Of a stretch of DNA of 64,000 nucleotides, positions 57,439-64,000 are shown piece after piece; position 1 is the first letter of the stretch; each line of letters begins with the position of its first letter. Location of the stretch: the sequence record SRR2962707_648. One strand, 5' to 3'. The position numbers and the translations under genes were made by a program. The notes below the pieces were generated by a model. That model worked only from the letters and a program-made list of their open reading frames with translations, ran no database searches and was not told the DNA's origin.

Positions 57439-59559
57439 ATGTCCATCAGGATCAGCTACAAAACTGCTCTTCTATTACCGATCAGTTTTAGTCTTTCTTC
57501 GTTTGTATTTGCGGATACTAAACAAGAGTCAACAATGAGCCTAGATCCGCTTATTATTGAAACCAGCCGAAATAATACAAAAAAAGAAGACAGTCCTCAG
57601 GTGGTCACCATTATCACCCGCCAGCAAATAGAAGAGCAGCTGTCGATTAGTACAGACAGCTCACAGGTATTGTCTAACCTACTGCCTGCCTACTCACCTA
57701 ATACGCAAAAATTAAACAACAGTAGCCAGACATTTCGTGGCCGCTCAGTACTCTACATGATTGACGGAGTGCCACAGTCCAACCCTATTCGAGAAGGCAG
57801 CAGATCCGCACACACAATTGACTTATCCATGGTGGAAAAAATCGAAGTCATCCATGGCGCAACCGCGGTTCATGGCTTAGGAGCGACAGGCGGCATTATC
57901 AACTTTATTACCAAATCGTCTAGCGCAAGTGAATTAAAGCAGCATGTCGATATTCAAATGACCATGCCAACCAGCAACATCGACAGTGATACTTTGGCGT
58001 ATAAAATTGGCTATCAAGCGCAAGGTTCAAAAGACAATTTTGATTACCTTGTCGGTCTGACCAATGAGATTCAAGGCATGTATGTGGATGCCGATGGAAA
58101 CTACGTTGGCTCTGCAACCGTTCGCGGCGATATCATGGATTCAAAAAGCTACGATGGATTCGTTAAGCTTGGTTACTGGCTTGATGATGATAAGCGACTC
58201 GAATTCGAATTAAATAAATACGAATTAAAAGGCCAAATGAACTTTGTAGGCGTCTCAGGGGATAGGGATAATGGCGTAGCAACCAGCTCAGTAAAAGGTA
58301 CCCCCGAAGGATTAGCACCCTACAATGATGTTCAAACCACAAGCGTTAGCTACACAGACAATGATCTACACGGTATGGACTTTAAAGCCCAGCTCTTTCA
58401 CCAAGATTTTGAAGGCCGCTATGGCGCAACAACGTCAAACAGCTTTCAAGACACCAGCATTGCACCACAAGGCACCCTTTACGATCAAAGCCAGAATCAG
58501 TCTGAAAAGGTGGGCGCTAAGTTCAGCCTAACCAAAGCGGACTTAATGCAAAATAAATTGAGCGTCACAACAGGGCTTGATTTGTTACAAGATGAAACCA
58601 GCCAAACACTGATACTGACCGATCGGACTTACGTACCGGAAACCAAATACGTCAACTATGCCCCCTTTGTACAACTTGAGTTTCGACCAACAGAACGCTT
58701 AGTCCTTCAAGCTGGGGCGCGTAATGAACACGCTAAACTTAATGTGGATACCTTTCAAACGGTGGCGGCAAACAATAGTGTCACGGTAGACGGTGGCTCC
58801 CCAAGTTTTAGTAAAACCGTCTACAACGCAGGCGCTGTCTTCAAAATAACGCCATCGACTAGTGTCTTTGCAAACTATTCCCAAGGGTTTGGTATGCCTG
58901 ATGTAGGTCGGGTCTTGCGCGGCATCAATACTACCGGACAAGATGTCGACTCGCTGATTGATTTATCACCAATTGTCACCGACAACTACGAAGTCGGTTT
59001 GCGTGTAAATCACCACCCTTATGACTTTGAAATAAGCTACTACGAATCTAACTCGGACCTTGGTAGCCGCATTGTCGCAACGAATGGGCTCTATACAGTA
59101 AAACGAGAAAAGAAAGAAATTAGAGGCGCTGAAGCCTCTTTAGGCTTCCAGGTAAACAAAGACCACCGACTACAAGCCAGTTACTCCTACATTGAAGGAA
59201 AATCAGATACAGATGGCGATGGCAAGGTAGATACAAAGCTTACAGGCGCGGATATCTCACCGAATCGATTAGTGGCATCTTGGAATGCCCGCTGGGACGA
59301 AAAGCTATCCTCTTTGCTGCAAATTAACCATGCTTTTAGTCGCCGTTTTGATAACGATGATTTCAACTTTGATAGCTATACTTTAGTGGATGCTTCTGTA
59401 GGTTATAAATTGCCTATTGGGCGTATGAATGTTGCGGTTGCCAATCTGTTTAACGAGGATTACTTTACTTACTATTCTCAGGCTGCCTACGCAAACGACG
59501 ATTTTTACTTTAAAGGCCGTGGCCGTACTGTCACCGTCGCTTATGGCGTAGATTTCTAG
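57439..59559 (+). CDS. TonB-dependent siderophore receptor (IutA/RhtA-like)
   Basis: Plug motifs RGR...IDGVP and IEVIHGA...GATGGIINFITK; FANYSQGF..PD; NLFNEDY; terminal F. Confidence 0.9.
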   Translation: MSIRISYKTALLLPISFSLSSFVFADTKQESTMSLDPLIIETSRNNTKKEDSPQVVTIITRQQIEEQLSISTDSSQVLSNLLPAYSPNTQKLNNSSQTFRGRSVLYMIDGVPQSNPIREGSRSAHTIDLSMVEKIEVIHGATAVHGLGATGGIINFITKSSSASELKQHVDIQMTMPTSNIDSDTLAYKIGYQAQGSKDNFDYLVGLTNEIQGMYVDADGNYVGSATVRGDIMDSKSYDGFVKLGYWLDDDKRLEFELNKYELKGQMNFVGVSGDRDNGVATSSVKGTPEGLAPYNDVQTTSVSYTDNDLHGMDFKAQLFHQDFEGRYGATTSNSFQDTSIAPQGTLYDQSQNQSEKVGAKFSLTKADLMQNKLSVTTGLDLLQDETSQTLILTDRTYVPETKYVNYAPFVQLEFRPTERLVLQAGARNEHAKLNVDTFQTVAANNSVTVDGGSPSFSKTVYNAGAVFKITPSTSVFANYSQGFGMPDVGRVLRGINTTGQDVDSLIDLSPIVTDNYEVGLRVNHHPYDFEISYYESNSDLGSRIVATNGLYTVKREKKEIRGAEASLGFQVNKDHRLQASYSYIEGKSDTDGDGKVDTKLTGADISPNRLVASWNARWDEKLSSLLQINHAFSRRFDNDDFNFDSYTLVDASVGYKLPIGRMNVAVANLFNEDYFTYYSQAAYANDDFYFKGRGRTVTVAYGVDF

Positions 59560-59580
59560 TACCTTCCCTAGCCTAAAATC

Positions 59581-59610
59581 AAAAGGCATCTTAATGAAGA
59601 TGCCTTTTTT
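59581..59610. terminator. Bidirectional terminator
   Basis: AAAAGGCATCTT/AAGATGCCTTTT. Confidence 0.8.
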
Positions 59611-59626
59611 CTCCCTACAAAACGAC

Positions 59627-60427
59627 TTAACTTATCTTAGACTTTGCCTTGACCCTATTATTCCTCAAAGGTAATGGACAGCTATTGCAATACTCAGCAG
59701 GCTCTGTGGCTTGATAGTAAAAACAACAGGTGCGTCGCACCCGTACCGGCTTATCCGAGAGCGCTGTTTTTTGCTTAGCACGATAAAACGCAAGCAGTGG
59801 GTTTTCATTCAAACCAAACAGCGCCGTTGTATTTTTATCAAGCAAAAAGTCATAGTCCAACTTAGCCTGGGCACGCTTTTCCTCTGGAATGGTCATTAAA
59901 ATACGCTGTTCATAAATGCTAAACACGCGCACGGCAATATTTTCCCAAAGAATGCGCTTAGATACGTTCGTTAGCGTGTAGAACCGCTCGACCAACAAGG
60001 TTAAATTTCCAGCAAACACCTTACTTAATAATGCCTCTCTCCAACGGTCTCTATCATCGACTCCAGTGGTCACAGAGGTATCCTTTAACGGCATTTTTGA
60101 TACCCATAATGCATTTTCTAATGGGTATTCAAAAACACAGTTCGCTAATGAAGCGTCCAAGCCTTTATCAAAACCAGACATTGCATAAAGCACCGGCGCT
60201 AAGGTCAAAAAAGCCATGCGCTTCATAACTAATGACGCCGTCACTTTAAGGTTCGATGCGCCAAGCTCTGGCATGATTTTTTGTAAGGTTTCTAAACATA
60301 GGTGCTCATCTAGCAATTTGCTGAAATCGATAGATAGAGGCTCATCTTGGGCGTAAGACTTAAGCCCAAATTCCGCTAACTTCGACCATTCACCGGTAAG
60401 GAGGGTGGCGTTGGTGATATTAGGCAT
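59627..60427 (-). CDS. Ferric-siderophore reductase (FhuF/FchR-like, 2Fe-2S)
   Basis: ILWEN motif and C-terminal RRTCC-x10-C-x2-CP; start moved to ATG 60427. Confidence 0.85.
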   Translation of the reverse strand: MPNITNATLLTGEWSKLAEFGLKSYAQDEPLSIDFSKLLDEHLCLETLQKIMPELGASNLKVTASLVMKRMAFLTLAPVLYAMSGFDKGLDASLANCVFEYPLENALWVSKMPLKDTSVTTGVDDRDRWREALLSKVFAGNLTLLVERFYTLTNVSKRILWENIAVRVFSIYEQRILMTIPEEKRAQAKLDYDFLLDKNTTALFGLNENPLLAFYRAKQKTALSDKPVRVRRTCCFYYQATEPAEYCNSCPLPLRNNRVKAKSKIS

Positions 60428-61265
60428 GATCTTGCTCTTTAGACCCCAACTTGCGCCCTTTCCCATAAGGAACACACATTGGCGTCCCAAACAATGGGTC
60501 TTGGCTTATGTGGCATTCCATGCCAAAGACGGCTTTCACCATGTCATGATCCAGAATTTCCTCTGGTGGCCCTTGGCAAAAAACAGCACCGTCTTTAATG
60601 GCTATCATCTTATGGGCATAACGCGCCGCAAGGTTTAAATCGTGCAACACCATCAAAATGGTCGTTTTATGGGCAAGATTCAACTCAAACAATAAATCTA
60701 AGACCTCGATCTGATGGGTTAAATCCAAATAGGTCGTTGGCTCATCTAGTAATAGAATGTCCGTATCTTGTGCCAGCGCCATGGCAATCCATGCTCTCTG
60801 ACGCTGACCGCCAGATAAGGCATCAATAGAACGCGTTGCAAAGTCAGTCATCTTGGTATCGGCGAGAGCCTTACGTACCAAACGTTCATCGTCCTTTGTC
60901 CAGCTTTGCAGCCAGTTTTGATGAGGATAGCGTCCCTGTCGTACTAGTTGCTCTACGGTTAACCCTTCTGGCGCGACTGGCCCTTGAGGGAGAATAGCGA
61001 GCTTACGTGCCACTTCTTTACCTGACAATGCGTGGATATCAGCCCCATTCAACAAAATCTTCCCCTTTGAAGGCGTTAGCAAGCGGGCAAAAGACTTCAG
61101 TAATGTCGATTTACCACAACCATTTCCACCAACCAACACGGTAATCTGGCTCGGTTCAATGACCAAATTCAGCGTTTTAATAATGGTCTTTTGCTCATAA
61201 CCAAGCGTTAGCTCAAGGCTTTGTAATGGACTACTTTTTAATAACTGACGATCAGACAAACTCAT
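60420..61265 (-). CDS. Iron-siderophore ABC ATP-binding protein (FecE/FhuC-like)
   Basis: GGNGCGKST, GRYPHQ, LSGGQRQRAWIAM and LDEPTTYLD motifs. Confidence 0.92.
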   Translation of the reverse strand: MSLSDRQLLKSSPLQSLELTLGYEQKTIIKTLNLVIEPSQITVLVGGNGCGKSTLLKSFARLLTPSKGKILLNGADIHALSGKEVARKLAILPQGPVAPEGLTVEQLVRQGRYPHQNWLQSWTKDDERLVRKALADTKMTDFATRSIDALSGGQRQRAWIAMALAQDTDILLLDEPTTYLDLTHQIEVLDLLFELNLAHKTTILMVLHDLNLAARYAHKMIAIKDGAVFCQGPPEEILDHDMVKAVFGMECHISQDPLFGTPMCVPYGKGRKLGSKEQDHA

Positions 61266-61307
61266 CTTTAAATCCCAATCTCCACAATCAGGCTTCCTCT
61301 AAAACGC

Positions 61308-62339
61308 TTAGAAGCGCTGTCGATATAGCAAATAAATAAAAAATGGCGCGCCAATGGCAGAAACAAACACCCCAGCAGGAATATCCAAAGGCTGGAACAG
61401 TAAGCGACCGCAGAGATCGGCTAGCATCACTAAACAGGAACCAACAAACGCAGAAACAGGCAATAAAAGAGCAAAGCTACGAGAAACAAATCGACGGGCG
61501 ATATGTGGCGCTATCATGCCAACAAAACCGACCGCACCAGCGTAAGCAATTGCGGGAGCCGCCATCATCACACTTAAAAAAAGTAACACGAGACGAAGTC
61601 TCTGCACAGGAACCCCCAAACCGGTTGCCAATTGATCCCCCAGCTCTTGTGCATTAACACGACGCGCGTAATACAAAGCAACAGGCCATGAAATGAGTAA
61701 CCAGGGTAATAGCGCAGTCACTTCAGCCCAACCCGCGCCATAGACACTGCCAGTCAACCAGATATAGGCTGTAATACTGGTAGACAATGGACTAGCGGCA
61801 ATCACAAACGTCGTCACGGCTCCCATTGCAGCAGAAATACCAATGCCGACCAAAACAAGACGCATAGGCGTCACGCCACCGTTCCACGCCAACGAATAAA
61901 TACACAGCGCAGCGACTAAGGAACCGGCAATAGCAAACACTGGCAACCAAACAATCCCTAGCGCAGCACTAAAAAATGACAAAAAGCACACCGCCGCTGC
62001 TGATGCTCCCCCAGTAATACCAATAATGTCAGGAGAGGCTAACGGATTGCGGATCATGGATTGCAACACCAGCCCTGAAGATGCCAACGCAGCGCCGACC
62101 ATAGCCGCCATCAAGACCCTTGGTAAACGCAAGGTCTCGACAATAAAATGAGCACCTTGATCTTCGTTTCCAAGAAGCACAGCAATGACTCTAAAAGGAG
62201 ATATCGACTCGTCCCCTAAGCATAACGACAGCAAAATAATCGCTAAAAAAACACCCATAGCGATGAAACATGCGCCAATGGAACGCCTAGGCACAGAAAA
62301 CGAGAAGAGTCGATTACGAACTGAAAAAGAATTATCCAC
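61308..62339 (-). CDS. Iron-siderophore ABC permease (FecD-like)
   Basis: LRLPR, RNPLASPDIIG and GFVGMIAPH motifs; GTG start at 62339. Confidence 0.9.
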   Translation of the reverse strand: MDNSFSVRNRLFSFSVPRRSIGACFIAMGVFLAIILLSLCLGDESISPFRVIAVLLGNEDQGAHFIVETLRLPRVLMAAMVGAALASSGLVLQSMIRNPLASPDIIGITGGASAAAVCFLSFFSAALGIVWLPVFAIAGSLVAALCIYSLAWNGGVTPMRLVLVGIGISAAMGAVTTFVIAASPLSTSITAYIWLTGSVYGAGWAEVTALLPWLLISWPVALYYARRVNAQELGDQLATGLGVPVQRLRLVLLFLSVMMAAPAIAYAGAVGFVGMIAPHIARRFVSRSFALLLPVSAFVGSCLVMLADLCGRLLFQPLDIPAGVFVSAIGAPFFIYLLYRQRF

Positions 62340-63345
62340 GTTGACTCCCCTTTCGAGCCAAATAAACAAAGAATGGCACACCTAATATGGCCGTTGTCAC
62401 ACCAATGGGAACTTCTTCGGGCATGATCACAAAACGACTGATTAAATCCGCGCAAAGCAGAAGAACCGCGCCCCATAATGCACTTATTGGAATCAACCAT
62501 TTATGATCACGGCCAACAACAAATCGCGTCATATGCGGAACAATCAAACCAATAAAACCAATGTTGCCAGCCAAGGCCACCGAACCACCCGCCAGCCCGA
62601 TAATCAATACACTTAACAGAACTTTGATAATGACCGTGTTTTGACCTAAGCCTTTAGCAACATCATCCCCTGACAGTAGAATATTAATGTGTGGTGCTGC
62701 CAAAATAGCCACTACAATAGCCACTGAAAAATAAGGTATCAGGGGTATAACCATGTCTAAAGAGCGTCCTGAAACAGACCCAGCCACCCAGAATAAAACA
62801 CTGTCTAATCCTTCTTGTCCAACGACTAACATGCCTTGAGTAAAAGCCATAAAAAGAGCAGATATCGCTGCACCTGATAACACTATGCGTACCGGTGAAA
62901 GCCCATCGCGCCCCAAACTCCCCAAGCCATAAACCAGCCCCCCCGCTATTGCTGCGCCTAAAAAAGCCAAGCAAAGCAAAGCGTTTAACGACGCAACAGA
63001 AAAGAAAGTTGAAAACAGCACAATAAAAAAGACAGCCCCAGCATTGACCCCAAAAATCGAAGGTGATGCCAACGAGTTCCGAGTCAGTGCTTGCATCAAT
63101 ACGCCAGATACCGCTAATGCAGAGCCCACTAAACAAGCAAGAATGGCTCGCGATAAACGCGTAGTCCTAATGATTACGTGATCAATAGATTGGGGGTCGA
63201 ACATCCAAAAAGCCGACCAGACGTGCTTAAGAGGAATGGCATACAACCCAAAGGCAATACTGGCCATAAACGCCATAAGCAAACAAATCAAAGACAGGGC
63301 AAGGACACCCCATCGAAACGGCACATTACTAGAAAAAGATGTCAT
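62332..63345 (-). CDS. Iron-siderophore ABC permease (FecC-like)
   Basis: TRLSR, MQALTRNSLASP, GFIGLIVPH and EVPIG motifs. Confidence 0.9.
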   Translation of the reverse strand: MTSFSSNVPFRWGVLALSLICLLMAFMASIAFGLYAIPLKHVWSAFWMFDPQSIDHVIIRTTRLSRAILACLVGSALAVSGVLMQALTRNSLASPSIFGVNAGAVFFIVLFSTFFSVASLNALLCLAFLGAAIAGGLVYGLGSLGRDGLSPVRIVLSGAAISALFMAFTQGMLVVGQEGLDSVLFWVAGSVSGRSLDMVIPLIPYFSVAIVVAILAAPHINILLSGDDVAKGLGQNTVIIKVLLSVLIIGLAGGSVALAGNIGFIGLIVPHMTRFVVGRDHKWLIPISALWGAVLLLCADLISRFVIMPEEVPIGVTTAILGVPFFVYLARKGSQRG

Positions 63346-64000
63346 CGAATGGGCTTAGCATCAGAAATAGGTAAATGATAAATGCGATACAATTGATCCA
63401 ACATGAGGTTCGCCCCCATAATGCCACCTGAAAGCAACCAAGCGACATGATCGACTTCGTACACTTGCTTGTGCTTAGGCGCCTTCAGCATTTTCCACAG
63501 TGGATGGGATTGCCAAGCACGATAATTTTGCCTCACCGTCGCTTCGTCAGATTGCAGAATGATAAAAAACACATCGGCATTCACACTTGGCAGGGCTTCT
63601 TTGCTTTTTAGTTTGATCCCCCACCCTGTTTTATTCGGCATTGGAAAGCTAAAACCAATTTCTTTTAATATCTTTCCAGGAAAGCTTTGCGGTAAATACA
63701 AACGTAAATGATCGGCGCGTACATTCAAAATAGAGACTGTCTGCGGCCATTGCTCAGCGTATTTACTAATGCCATTTCGCAGATCTTTGATGCGCTTTTG
63801 AAAAGCCAACCATATTCTCTTCCCCTTATTAACTTCACCAAGGGCTTTAGCACTGAGAGCCAATGTCGCCTTAAAGTCATCAACATTCTCTGCCATGATC
63901 GTTGGTGCAATCTTGGACAACTGACTATAAATTCTTTCATGGCGAGGCTTGGCGGCAATAATCAAATCTGGTTTTAACGCTAAAATGCTTTCTATATTTG
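63342..64000 (-). CDS. Iron-siderophore ABC substrate-binding protein (5' end outside the window)
   Basis: Frame open to the window edge (NIESILALKPDLII); YSQLSKIAPT and HPLWKMLKA...VYEVD motifs. Confidence 0.88.
   Translation of the reverse strand, partial: NIESILALKPDLIIAAKPRHERIYSQLSKIAPTIMAENVDDFKATLALSAKALGEVNKGKRIWLAFQKRIKDLRNGISKYAEQWPQTVSILNVRADHLRLYLPQSFPGKILKEIGFSFPMPNKTGWGIKLKSKEALPSVNADVFFIILQSDEATVRQNYRAWQSHPLWKMLKAPKHKQVYEVDHVAWLLSGGIMGANLMLDQLYRIYHLPISDAKPIR

Noticed and set aside
259-63977. Many short antisense or out-of-frame ORFs in the six-frame track (for example 39339-39863, 51198-51719, 62684-63136)
   Set aside because: They shadow well-supported genes and show no motifs of their own.
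1-64000. tRNA, rRNA, IS/transposase, integrase, prophage or defence-system genes
   Set aside because: None recognised by eye; tRNAscan-SE, Infernal and ISEScan runs would be needed to exclude small or decayed elements.

Overview
Accessory and metabolic region of a marine gammaproteobacterium. Gene content and protein style suggest Marinomonas or a relative; this is an inference, not something the sequence proves. In order, the window holds: a cydABX-cydDC cytochrome bd operon; a divergent TetR/AhpD-like pair with twin operators; a CsgD/VpsT-like regulator next to an AT-rich six-gene chaperone-usher pilus operon; a taurine-type ABC importer with a MocR/TauR regulator and a TauE exporter; arfB; a His6-type hisA; a sigma-54 stress module (activator, DUF2383-like gene, DUF1328, lipoprotein, phosphatase-kinase fusion); polyamine uptake and catabolism genes (potFGHI, puuA-like, puuC-like, aguBA) interrupted by a seven-gene iron/redox cluster; a degenerate RsgA paralog; an acetate/succinate CoA-transferase; Zur-boxed rpmE2-rpmJ2; an M23 peptidase; a DUF3015-DUF4105 pair; and a Fur-boxed siderophore uptake locus cut off by the window end. 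I saw no rRNA, tRNA, CRISPR array, IS or phage genes. Best candidate for an undescribed system: the cluster cupredoxin, FTR1, imelysin, di-heme protein, imelysin-like, desaturase, di-heme peroxidase (36224-43503). Also notable: a homopolymer frameshift in the apparent usher signal peptide, and a readable sigma-54 enhancer architecture. All family assignments come from motif recognition by eye; no database searches were run. Where I moved a start codon relative to the ORF track, it was on RBS and homology grounds.
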